Origin: Bacillota bacterium
Lineage (GTDB): Bacteria > Bacillota > Clostridia > Christensenellales > Aristaeellaceae
NCBI GenBank assembly: GCA_041855045.1
Contig: JBHADM010000036.1
Coordinates: 1-46,859, forward strand
Reading direction: 5' to 3'
Length of the DNA stretch: 46,859 bases
How positions within the stretch are numbered: the first letter of the stretch is position 1; the number at the start of each line of letters is the position of its first letter. The notes under the pieces were generated by a model, which had not been told where the DNA came from, ran no database searches, and saw only the letters and a list, made by a program, of their open reading frames with translations. The position numbers and the translations under genes are program-made. Shown one piece after another: positions 20,787 to 28,332 of this stretch.

Positions 20787-21161
20787 ATGTTAAGCGAAAA
20801 GTTTTTTGAAGTATTGCAGCACGAAGGCGTGGTTTCCATTGTATCCTGGGGAAGCACCGACGAAGCCAATATCACCAACACATGGAATTCCTACCTGGTG
20901 GTAAAAGACCAGCGCATTCTGCTCCCTGCAGCAGGTATGACCAGCACCGAGAACGATATAAAGGTAAACCCCAACGTAAAAGTGACCTTGGGCGCACGTG
21001 AAGTAGAAGGCTTTAACGGCTATCAAGGTACAGGCTTCTTGCTCAAGGGCACCGCCAAGTTTATCGAGGAAGGCGCCGAGTACGATATGATGAAGCAAGC
21101 CTTTCCCTTCCTGCGCAAAGTACTGGAGATCAGCGTTACATCCGCAAAGCAGTTGCTGTAA
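20787..21161 (+). CDS. Pyridoxamine-5'-phosphate-oxidase-like (FMN-binding split-barrel) protein
   Basis: 124 aa with AAAGGAG upstream. The general pattern is that of small PNPOx-family proteins (HEGVVSIVSWG...NTWNSY...). Assignment is by resemblance only. Confidence 0.55.
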   Translation: MLSEKFFEVLQHEGVVSIVSWGSTDEANITNTWNSYLVVKDQRILLPAAGMTSTENDIKVNPNVKVTLGAREVEGFNGYQGTGFLLKGTAKFIEEGAEYDMMKQAFPFLRKVLEISVTSAKQLL

Positions 21162-21164
21162 AAA

Positions 21165-21190
21165 GCAGAGCCCGCATGGGCTTTTTTTTG
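21165..21190 (+). terminator. Rho-independent terminator
   Basis: AGCCC-GCAT-GGGCT followed by T8. Confidence 0.6.
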
Positions 21191-21312
21191 TTTTTGACTA
21201 TGTTTTTCTTTAAAAAATAAAGTAAATGATATATACTATATATATAGCAAGAACCCGACTGTATGATACCGCATAGATTCCTAAGCGGTTATCAATAGAC
21301 ATGGAGGAGAAT

Positions 21313-21939
21313 ATGAAAACAGTAATTACATTGGGAAGACAGTTCGGCAGCGGCGGCAAAGCGCTGGGAGATTTGCTTGCAAAGAACCTGGGCATCCCCT
21401 ATTATGATAAGCAGATACTAAACATGGCTGCAAAAGAAAGCGGCATCAGCGAAGAATTTTTTCACGAACATGATGAAAAACCAAACCGCAGCCTTCTCTT
21501 TTCTATGGTTACAGGCATGCGCAACGGGCTGGACATGGCCAGCATGCCTTTGGAGCTGCCGCTGAACCACAAAATATTTTTAGCCCAGTTTGATACCATT
21601 AAAAAATTAGCGCAAAAAGAGCCCTGCATCATCGTAGGCAGGTGCGCCGACTACGTACTCAAGGACGAGCCGCATGTACTGAAAGTGTTTGTATATGCCG
21701 AGATGGAGAGCCGTGTAAAGCGCATACGCGAGGCGATGAACATAGGCGAAAAAGAAGCCGTTGATCTCATCAACAAAAACGACAAAGAGCGCAATAACTA
21801 CTATAATTACTTCTCCGGCCAAAAATGGGGAAATATGTCCAACTATGATTTGTGCATCAACACCACCCACATCCGTATCGAGCAGGCCGCAAGCCTTGTG
21901 GAAAGCCTGATTACCGTATTGGAAAAGGACGAGGAATAA
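21313..21939 (+). CDS. Cytidylate-kinase-like family protein (P-loop NTPase)
   Basis: The start is moved to the ATG at 21313 (GGAGG at 21303-07). The N-terminus MKTVITLGRQFGSGGKALGDLLAKNLGIPYYDKQIL is typical of this family. Confidence 0.75.
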   Translation: MKTVITLGRQFGSGGKALGDLLAKNLGIPYYDKQILNMAAKESGISEEFFHEHDEKPNRSLLFSMVTGMRNGLDMASMPLELPLNHKIFLAQFDTIKKLAQKEPCIIVGRCADYVLKDEPHVLKVFVYAEMESRVKRIREAMNIGEKEAVDLINKNDKERNNYYNYFSGQKWGNMSNYDLCINTTHIRIEQAASLVESLITVLEKDEE

Positions 21940-22117
21940 AGCCTTTTGCCTGACAAAACAGCGTACAAGAATCCGCCTTTTATCCAAAACCCTGCCTATA
22001 CAGCCGATTGCGGGAGTTTATACAGCTTTTCAGTATGTTATTACTTTGTACATAGTTTGTTCATAAGTATTTTGTATAATAAAGTCGTAGTCAAGGATTA
22101 CGAATAGGAGGTATTAT

Positions 22118-22393
22118 ATGAAAACTATCAAACTGGACAATAATGTAGCAACCATCAGCGGTAAAAGCGTTGGACTAACCAATCAGGAAAGCGCTTTATT
22201 AAAAGCTCTGATTGAGGGTGAAGGCAAAACCGTATCCCGCGACTCTCTGCTCAAAGATGCATGGGGTTATAAGAGCGCAGGCATTACCCGAACAGTAGAT
22301 GTTCATATACAGCGCCTGCGTAAAAAAATTGGCATGGATTTAATTGACACCGTATACAAAGGTGGCTACAAACTCAACGCATTTCGCGCTTAA
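22118..22393 (+). CDS. Stand-alone OmpR/PhoB-type winged-helix DNA-binding protein (no receiver domain)
   Basis: 91 aa with AGGAGG upstream. LTNQESALLKALIEGEGKTVSRDSLLKDAWGY...RTVDVHIQRLRKKIG...IDTVYKGGYKL matches the Trans_reg_C effector-domain pattern. Confidence 0.8.
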   Translation: MKTIKLDNNVATISGKSVGLTNQESALLKALIEGEGKTVSRDSLLKDAWGYKSAGITRTVDVHIQRLRKKIGMDLIDTVYKGGYKLNAFRA

Positions 22394-22396
22394 TAT

Positions 22397-22422
22397 AAAA
22401 GAGCCTTACAGGCTCTTTTTTT
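22397..22422. terminator. Terminator hairpin shared by convergent genes
   Basis: AAAGAGCC-TTACA-GGCTCTTT followed by T-run (+). On the minus strand the same stem is followed by TTTTAT. Confidence 0.7.
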
Positions 22423-22588
22423 GACGTTTTCATAAGAACTGCGCCGGAAGCAATAGGGCTTTTGATGCAGAAACAATATCCCGACGCAAGCGGGGTTTGT
22501 CCGATAAAAACAATTGCTCCAGGCTTGCTTGGATATGGGATTGCTTCATCAGGCTGTTTAAGCGTACTTTAATTTTGTAACCGACGGC

Positions 22589-23020
22589 TTACAAGCAATC
22601 ATCGTCATCCTCTATATCTTCTTCATCATCGTCTTCGTCAAAGTCATCATCATCGTCTTCCTCATCTTCTTCATCATACTCGTCGTCGTCATCGTATTCG
22701 TCATAATCGTCTATGAGCTGACCGGCGCCGAACAGACCTTCGAGTATATCCAAAGCCTGCTCCTGCTGTGCCAGCGGCACATAGAAACGCAGGCTCTCCA
22801 GGCTGCTGCCTGTCAGCATGGTAATGGCGGCGCCAAGGCGCTCTTCGGTATAATATGTGATATTGTGCTGACGAAACACATCGGCGAGCATGCCTGCCCA
22901 CATGCTGGTTTTCTCCGCCACCAGCACCAGATCATCAGCGCAGGGCTCGATCAGATGTTCGTTTCCGCAGTTGTCGCATACATCACCATTGACGAGCATC
23001 ATACAGTGTTTACAGTACAT
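22589..23020 (-). CDS. Zinc-ribbon + DUF2007-like protein with ~45-residue poly-Asp/Glu C-terminal tail
   Basis: 143 aa with GGAGG 6 nt upstream. The N-terminal C-x2-C...C-x2-C is MYCKHCMMLVNGDVCDNCG. The middle resembles small DUF2007-type domains. The tail is DDYDEYDDDDEYDEEDEEDDDDDFDEDDDEEDIEDDDDCL. Confidence 0.65.
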   Translation of the reverse strand: MYCKHCMMLVNGDVCDNCGNEHLIEPCADDLVLVAEKTSMWAGMLADVFRQHNITYYTEERLGAAITMLTGSSLESLRFYVPLAQQEQALDILEGLFGAGQLIDDYDEYDDDDEYDEEDEEDDDDDFDEDDDEEDIEDDDDCL

Positions 23021-23093
23021 GATAGACCTCCTGTATTTCTATTATTGTATTTTATTATACCAAATGCTGCAAGGAATGCCTACTCATTCGGCT

Positions 23094-23324
23094 TCACTTT
23101 TGCATTTGCACCTCCACACAGGCAAGCAGTTCCGACGCTTTCATTCCCAGCGCATCGGCAATGCTCCATATACTGTGCAGTTTCGGCGATTTTCTGCCGC
23201 TTTCTAGCAAGGCGATATGGCTGCGGGAAAGCCCTGCCCTTTTTGCCAGTTGTTCCTGCGTATAGGCTTTTCCAAGGCGCAGACGCGCCACCGTCAATCC
23301 AAAAGCGATCGCGTGATTTTGCAT
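23094..23324 (-). CDS. XRE-family helix-turn-helix transcriptional regulator
   Basis: 76 aa with the HTH segment YTQEQLAKRAGLSRSHIALLESGRKSP and GGAGG upstream. Confidence 0.85.
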   Translation of the reverse strand: MQNHAIAFGLTVARLRLGKAYTQEQLAKRAGLSRSHIALLESGRKSPKLHSIWSIADALGMKASELLACVEVQMQK

Positions 23325-23405
23325 ATAGATATCCTCCTGTATTTATTCATAGGAGGATTTGTATTTTTGGCGGAGATCCGCATGTGGGTATACGAGAGTT
23401 CCCTA

Positions 23406-24305
23406 TTACCCAAGCTTGGGAAGCATTTGTATAAAGCGCTGCAGCGCGGGATTGGCGTCATTTTTCCGCCATACAACGAGAATTTCCTCGGTTTCCCCTT
23501 TGCCGCAAAGCGGTACAAAGACGACATTTTCTGTGCCTATATCCCAGGGGTGAGCGTATTCCGGCACGATGGATGCGCCTTCTTCGGCAGCCACCATCAT
23601 CAATATACTCTCCATATCGTTGGAGCGCAGCAATATGTTGGGCTGGTAGCCTGCCTGCTGGTAAAGGCTCATATAAAAGGCGTCGCCAAAGGAATCGCCG
23701 GTGCCGGAGGGCGACATAAACAGGATGTTCTCCTGCTTCAGATCCTTGCGCGTCAATTCCTTGCGTCTGGCAAGAGGGTGGCTTGCGTAGAGCGCAACCC
23801 GCAGCGGAACATGCTCTACAACCTGCAGCTGCAGCGACTCTTCCTGGCGTAGGTTGGTGCTGTCCCAGGTGAATATGATATCGTACTCTCCCGTCATCAA
23901 TCCGGATGCCAGCCTGTCAGTATCGCAGCGATAGCAGGACACGAGCACATTGGGATACTCCTGATGAAAACTGCGCAGATACTTTGGCAGATCGCTGCGC
24001 TCGTATCCCTTGGTATAGCCTAAGCGCAGCTCCCCTTCCAAACCGGTGGAGGCTTCATGGGTACGCTGCAGGGCTGCGTCCACCTTTGCAAGAATCTCCC
24101 TGGCTTCCTTCAAAAACACCTTGCCTGCGGGTGTCGGCACAACAGGACGACTGTTGCGATCGAGCAATTTTGCAGCAATGCTTTCTTCCAGTGCCTGTAT
24201 TTGCTGGGTGATTGCCGTTTGCGAAACATAATGATTTTTGGCAGCTTTGGTAAAGCTCCCGCTCTCCGCGACGGACACATAATAGCGCAGCTGGTTCAGA
24301 TTCAC
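23406..24305 (-). CDS. LysR-family transcriptional regulator (GTG start)
   Basis: 299 aa. The N-terminal HTH is MNLNQLRYYVSVAESGSFTKAAKNHYVSQTAITQQIQALE. The start codon is GTG (complement of 24303-05) with GGAGG 8 nt upstream. Confidence 0.9.
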   Translation of the reverse strand: MNLNQLRYYVSVAESGSFTKAAKNHYVSQTAITQQIQALEESIAAKLLDRNSRPVVPTPAGKVFLKEAREILAKVDAALQRTHEASTGLEGELRLGYTKGYERSDLPKYLRSFHQEYPNVLVSCYRCDTDRLASGLMTGEYDIIFTWDSTNLRQEESLQLQVVEHVPLRVALYASHPLARRKELTRKDLKQENILFMSPSGTGDSFGDAFYMSLYQQAGYQPNILLRSNDMESILMMVAAEEGASIVPEYAHPWDIGTENVVFVPLCGKGETEEILVVWRKNDANPALQRFIQMLPKLG

Positions 24306-24326
24306 AGCCTATGCCTCCTTAATATT

Positions 24327-24341
24327 ATAAGATTATCTTAT
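24327..24341. promoter_or_regulatory. Perfect palindrome with a LysR-type T-N11-A core
   Basis: ATAAGAT-T-ATCTTAT lies in the divergent region between the LysR gene and the T-box leader promoter. Confidence 0.45.
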
Positions 24342-24362
24342 TATAATATGGAAATATTGTAT

Positions 24363-24391
24363 TTGCAATCCGATAATTCGCGTTATATAAT
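24363..24391 (+). promoter_or_regulatory. Sigma-70-type promoter of the T-box leader / ABC operon
   Basis: TTGCAA (24363-68), a 17-nt spacer, then TATAAT (24386-91). Confidence 0.6.
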
Positions 24392-24451
24392 AAGAAAGTC
24401 TTTAATAAGACCAAAACCTCTTATAGAAAAGAGCAGTTACAGATACCAGAA

Positions 24452-24696
24452 TGCGTTGGAGCAGAAAGAGTAGTTGAGAGTATTGCTGCAGAGAGATGCC
24501 GGCAGGTGTGAGGCATTGTAATATCCCAATGAAGTTCATTCTGCGAGCGGTGTGTTGAAATAAGAGTAGGCACAACGGGTGCGACCGTTACATCGCAAAG
24601 ACTTTTCAGCCTATGAAGGCGTCTGCCGTAAGGTATGCGCAAAAGCAGAGTGGTAACACGATTTTTATCGTCCCTGTTCGTGTGGGACTTTTTTAT
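24452..24696 (+). promoter_or_regulatory. T-box leader RNA; specifier read as UUC (Phe)
   Basis: The ordered elements are as follows. Lower helix GCAGAA (24461-66) / UUCUGC (24539-44). AGAGUA (24467-72). Helices UUGAGA/UCCCAA and UAUUGC/GUAAUA. AG bulge CAGAGAG (24489-95). Distal hairpin AUGCC-GGCAGGUGUGA-GGCAU. Specifier-loop 3' side U-GAA-G-UUC-A (UUC = 24535-37). Stem II AAGAGUAGG (24562-70). F-box-like CCGUUA (24585-90). T-box AGAGUGGUAACACG (24647-60). Hairpin GUCCC/GGGAC followed by U7 (24670-24695). Confidence 0.8.
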
Positions 24697-24810
24697 TCCC
24701 ATGCTTAAGCATAGGTACAAAGCCTGACGAGGTATATGCCGCAAGACATATACAAAACAGAGTGGTACACGAGCGATTCGTCCCTGTATGATACAGGGGT
24801 TATTTTATTG
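24697..24810 (+). promoter_or_regulatory. Second, specifier-less T-box / antiterminator-terminator module (partial tandem T-box)
   Basis: AAAACAGAGUGGUACACGAGCGAUUCGUCCCUG (24754-86) is a near copy of 24641-76. It has its own hairpin CCCUGU-AUGAU-ACAGGG (24782-98) followed by UUAUUUUAUU. Only ~55 nt with two small hairpins lie upstream, which leaves no room for a Stem I. Confidence 0.65.
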
Positions 24811-25048
24811 CTTTTGAAGATTGCACCCATGCTGCATTTGAAATGTTCCGTTACGCAATCAAATGTCTTTTGTCCTTGCTTTGCAGGCAAAGCAACTACT
24901 TCCGTTTTGTATATCGGCATATCCTATACTATACCGAGCATTGCAGCGTCAACCGCTGCATTTATCCCCCTGCTTTGTCAGCGCGTATTCGCCGCTTTTC
25001 TCATCGTATCCCGATGATGAAATAGATATTTATGTTGGAGGAAACACC

Positions 25049-25963
25049 ATGAAAAAGACCATATCATTGCTGATAACCATAGTACTCCTGCTTCCTGTAT
25101 GCAGCAGTGCCTATGCCGAGAGTTATTCCGTCGGCGTATGCCAGCTGGTAAAACATGACGCTTTGGACAAATCCACCCAGGGATTCGTCGATGCCCTGAC
25201 CAAGGCCGTTGCGGATGCCGGACAATCCGTAAACATCGACGTGCAGGTTGCAGGCGATCCCCAGCTCTGCACCACTGTTGTCAATGCGTTCAACGCGCGC
25301 AAGGTGGATTTGATTATGGCAAACGCAACGCCGGCCTTGCTGGCTGCAGCCAATATGACAACGACCATACCGGTGCTGGGCACATCCATCACCAGCTATA
25401 CCGATACGTTCGCGGGCAATATCCCCGCCAACGTCAGCGGCACATCCGATGCCGTACCTTTCGCAGATCAGGCTCATATGATGATAGACACGTTGGGGCT
25501 GGTCGCCGGCGATCAGGTGGGCGTGCTCTACTGCATCAACGAATCCAACTCCCAGATTCAATACGAAGCGGTAAAGGCTCTGTTTGACGAAAAAGGCATC
25601 GTTGCCAAGGCCTACACCTTCTCCGAAAACACCGAGCTGCAGGCACTGACCAGTGCCATGGCAAACGAGAGCAAGGCCGTATACCTGCCATCCGACAATA
25701 CGGTATCTGCAAACGACTCCATCGTAGGCACCATTTGCAACGAAAAGAATGTACCCGTCTATACCAGCTACGGCGGCGCCATAGGCTATGCCAGCCTTGC
25801 CATCGACTACTATCAGCTGGGCTATGAAACCGGTTTGATGGCTGCCGACATCCTGCTGCACGGCAAGACACCCGCCGACATCGAAATCAAAACCCTGACT
25901 CCCACCGTTACATATAACGAAGAGCTCTGCGCTCAGCTGGGCATTGCAGTTCCTGCCAAATAA
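25049..25963 (+). CDS. ABC transporter substrate-binding protein, ABC_sub_bind (COG2984) type
   Basis: The start is moved from 24863 to the ATG at 25049 (GGAGGAAACACC upstream). It has a signal peptide MKKTISLLITIVLLLPVCSSAYA. The mature N-terminus YSVGVCQLVKHDALDKSTQGFVDAL...KVDLIMANATPALLAAANMTTTIPVLGTSI matches the family pattern. Confidence 0.85.
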   Translation: MKKTISLLITIVLLLPVCSSAYAESYSVGVCQLVKHDALDKSTQGFVDALTKAVADAGQSVNIDVQVAGDPQLCTTVVNAFNARKVDLIMANATPALLAAANMTTTIPVLGTSITSYTDTFAGNIPANVSGTSDAVPFADQAHMMIDTLGLVAGDQVGVLYCINESNSQIQYEAVKALFDEKGIVAKAYTFSENTELQALTSAMANESKAVYLPSDNTVSANDSIVGTICNEKNVPVYTSYGGAIGYASLAIDYYQLGYETGLMAADILLHGKTPADIEIKTLTPTVTYNEELCAQLGIAVPAK

Positions 25964-25999
25964 CACGGAAACGATAACAAAATAACTACGAGGTACGAT

Positions 26000-26923
26000 A
26001 TGACATTTCTTTACGCACTGCCCGGTGCCGTTGCAGAAGGCCTGATTTGGGGTCTGATGGGTATCGGCGTTTACATCTCCTACAAGATCCTGGACATCGC
26101 AGATTTGACGGTAGACGGTTCCATATGCACAGGCGCTTGCGTTTGCGCAATGCTGCTGGGCATCGGCGCGCCTGTATGGATCAGCGTGCTTGCTGCTTTG
26201 CTTGCGGGCGCATTAACCGGCGTTGTCACCGGGCTTTTGCATACCGCGCTGGGAATACCTGCCATACTGTCGGGCATACTGACACAGCTCATGCTATACT
26301 CGGTAAATCTGTCCATACTCGGCGGCAAATCCCTGATGGCTGTCAATCCCAGAGCAAACAATCTGTGGGTACACATGAGCGACAATTATGCAACGATACT
26401 GTCCATGATGGGCATTGTCACGCTGGTCATCATTGCGCTATGGAAGTTCTTTTATACGGAGGTTGGTTTGACGCTCAAATCCACCGGCGACAACCCGGAC
26501 ATGAGCCGGGCACAGGGTGTGAACGTAAAGCGCAATAAAGTACTCGGACTGGCTGTTTCCAATGCCATCGTTGCACTGGCCGGCGCCATGCTCGCACAGT
26601 ACAAAGGCTCCGCCAACATCAACGATGGACGCGGCGCCATCGTCATCGGCCTTGCCTCCATATTTATCGGCCTATCTGTTTCGCTGAAAATAAAACCCAA
26701 CTTTGTGGTTAGTTTGATCGGCGTACTGGGCGGCGGCATCGTCTATTATATGGTATACAATTTCGTGATTCTGCTGGGGCTCAAAACGGACTATCTCAAA
26801 ATGCTGTCCGCCATCATCGTGGTCATATTCCTTGCTGTGCCCTACATACAATCGGAGCATTTCAGCAAACGCAAGCCTCTGACCCCGCGTGAAATGACGA
26901 AGGGAGGCGGCAGCCATGCTTAA
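26000..26923 (+). CDS. ABC transporter permease (COG4120 / branched-chain-type BPD_transp_2 fold)
   Basis: 307 aa, polytopic and hydrophobic. It sits between the binding protein and the ATPase, and its stop overlaps the ATPase start by 8 nt. Confidence 0.85.
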   Translation: MTFLYALPGAVAEGLIWGLMGIGVYISYKILDIADLTVDGSICTGACVCAMLLGIGAPVWISVLAALLAGALTGVVTGLLHTALGIPAILSGILTQLMLYSVNLSILGGKSLMAVNPRANNLWVHMSDNYATILSMMGIVTLVIIALWKFFYTEVGLTLKSTGDNPDMSRAQGVNVKRNKVLGLAVSNAIVALAGAMLAQYKGSANINDGRGAIVIGLASIFIGLSVSLKIKPNFVVSLIGVLGGGIVYYMVYNFVILLGLKTDYLKMLSAIIVVIFLAVPYIQSEHFSKRKPLTPREMTKGGGSHA

Positions 26924-27710
26924 AATCAGCAACCTGCACAAGATATTCAACGCCGGCACCGTAAATGAAAAGAAAGCGCTGGATGGCCTGAACTTAGTAT
27001 TAAACGACGGCGATTTTGTGACCGTCATCGGCGGCAACGGCTCGGGCAAGTCCACCCTGCTCAACGCCATCGCCGGCGTATGGAAGCCGGACTGCGGCAG
27101 CATAGAAATCGACGGCGTGGATGTGACCAACATGCCGGAACATAAACGCGCAGCATTTTTGGGCAGAGTATTTCAGGATCCGATGAAGGGCACCGCGCCC
27201 GATATGGAGATTGCCGAGAACCTTGCCATCGCGTCCAAACGCGGCATTCGTCGCAGATTCGTGCGCGGCGTTAGGAGGAGTGACCGCAAGCACTATCGAG
27301 AGCTGCTTGCCGCACTGGAGCTTGGCTTAGAGGAGCGGCTATCGACCAAGGTAGGCTTGTTGTCGGGCGGCCAACGCCAGGCGGTAACGCTGCTGATGGC
27401 AACGATGAACCACCCCAAGCTGCTGCTTCTGGACGAGCATACGGCGGCGCTTGACCCCAAAACCGCCGAAAAAGTGCTGGAATTGACGGATCAGATTGTA
27501 CAAAAAAACAACCTGACCACCCTGATGATTACACATAACATGCGCGATGCCATCGCGCACGGCAATCGCCTGATTATGATGTATGAGGGCGAGATTATCG
27601 TCGATGTTTCCGGCGACGAAAAAAAGAATTTGACCGTAGAACAGCTGCTAAGCCTGTTTACCCAGGCCAATGCCGATGCGGAAATAGACGACCGCATGGT
27701 GCTGAATTAG
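26916..27710 (+). CDS. ABC transporter ATP-binding protein (COG1101 type)
   Basis: 264 aa with Walker A GGNGSGKST, signature LSGGQRQ and Walker B LLLLDEH. Confidence 0.9.
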   Translation: MLKISNLHKIFNAGTVNEKKALDGLNLVLNDGDFVTVIGGNGSGKSTLLNAIAGVWKPDCGSIEIDGVDVTNMPEHKRAAFLGRVFQDPMKGTAPDMEIAENLAIASKRGIRRRFVRGVRRSDRKHYRELLAALELGLEERLSTKVGLLSGGQRQAVTLLMATMNHPKLLLLDEHTAALDPKTAEKVLELTDQIVQKNNLTTLMITHNMRDAIAHGNRLIMMYEGEIIVDVSGDEKKNLTVEQLLSLFTQANADAEIDDRMVLN

Positions 27711-27727
27711 CTCCTTAACATGGAAAC

Positions 27728-27771
27728 AACAGCCACAAATCAAAACAAAGGTTTGGTTTGCGGCTGTTTTC
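27728..27771 (+). terminator. Terminator of the ABC operon
   Basis: A 17-nt arm AACAGCCACAAATCAAA pairs with TTTGGTTTGCGGCTGTT (one mismatch, one G-U), followed by TTTT. Confidence 0.7.
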
Positions 27772-27901
27772 GGCAGGTAAAGGATGTACCCTATCCGTTT
27801 TCCAACTGCCATAGCCTGCTGCCCCAACTCTAACAAATACTTCTATATACAATGCGTAAAACCATACACGTCGAATGTTGGAGAGTCTCATTGCAAATCC
27901 C

Positions 27902-27938
27902 ATCCTTCCAATCTATACACGCTTGGAAGGATCTTTTT
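27902..27938 (+). terminator. Orphan hairpin + U-run with no credible upstream ORF
   Basis: A 10-bp perfect stem ATCCTTCCAA / TTGGAAGGAT with an 11-nt loop, followed by CTTTTT. Confidence 0.4.
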
Positions 27939-27984
27939 GCATAGCAAGCTCACATTGCAAAATATGCCTTGCGGTTTTGAAACA

Positions 27985-28017
27985 GCAAAAAACCATGCGA
28001 AACGCTCCGCATGGTTT
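27985..28017 (-). terminator. Terminator downstream of tRNA-Leu
   Basis: On the minus strand: AACCATGCG-GAGCGTT-TCGCATGGTT followed by TTTTTT (complement of 27986-27992). Confidence 0.75.
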
Positions 28018-28020
28018 GTA

Positions 28021-28107
28021 TGGTGCCGAAGGTGGGACTCGAACCCACACGCCATCGCTGGCACAGGATTTTGAATCCAGCACGTCTGCCAATTCCATCA
28101 CTTCGGC
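28021..28107 (-). tRNA. tRNA-Leu (anticodon CAA), type II with long variable arm, CCA encoded
   Basis: The reverse complement is GCCGAAGTGATGGAATTGGCAGACGTGCTGGATTCAAAATCCTGTGCCAGCGATGGCGTGTGGGTTCGAGTCCCACCTTCGGCACCA. The acceptor stem is GCCGAAG/CTTCGGC, the anticodon loop is TTCAAAA and the T-arm is GTGGGTTCGAGTCCCAC. There is one U-U mismatch in the anticodon stem. Confidence 0.92.
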
Positions 28108-28332
28108 AAGTGACAAAAATAATAATAGCATAGTTCGCAAAATAATTCAAGAACTTTTATCAAAAAATATTGTTGTGAAAAATGCGATGTCTGCCCTCCC
28201 GCTCATGCTGTGCAAAGAACATAATAAATAAGTATATTTTTATACAAAACAGGTAACAATTTGTCTGTTCTCTATCCTTTGTAAAGAAAATATGATACAA
28301 TACATACAATCTATCTATATAAGGAGTTCTTT

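Noticed and set aside
22592-22735. GAT/GAA/GAC-rich coding tract of the poly-D/E tail as a slippage-prone microsatellite or phase-variation switch
   Set aside because: The codons are mixed and imperfect, with no long perfect tri-nucleotide run. Any slippage would also stay in frame.
28021-28107. tRNA-Leu as the integration site of a genomic island
   Set aside because: The lower-GC block lies on the 5' side of the tRNA, whereas islands normally insert at the 3' end. No integrase gene and no direct repeat of the tRNA 3' end were seen anywhere in the window.
27784-28231. ORFs 27784-28074, 27875-28231, 27913-28140 and 27950-28150
   Set aside because: They overlap the tRNA-Leu gene and its terminator and are artefacts of an RNA gene region.
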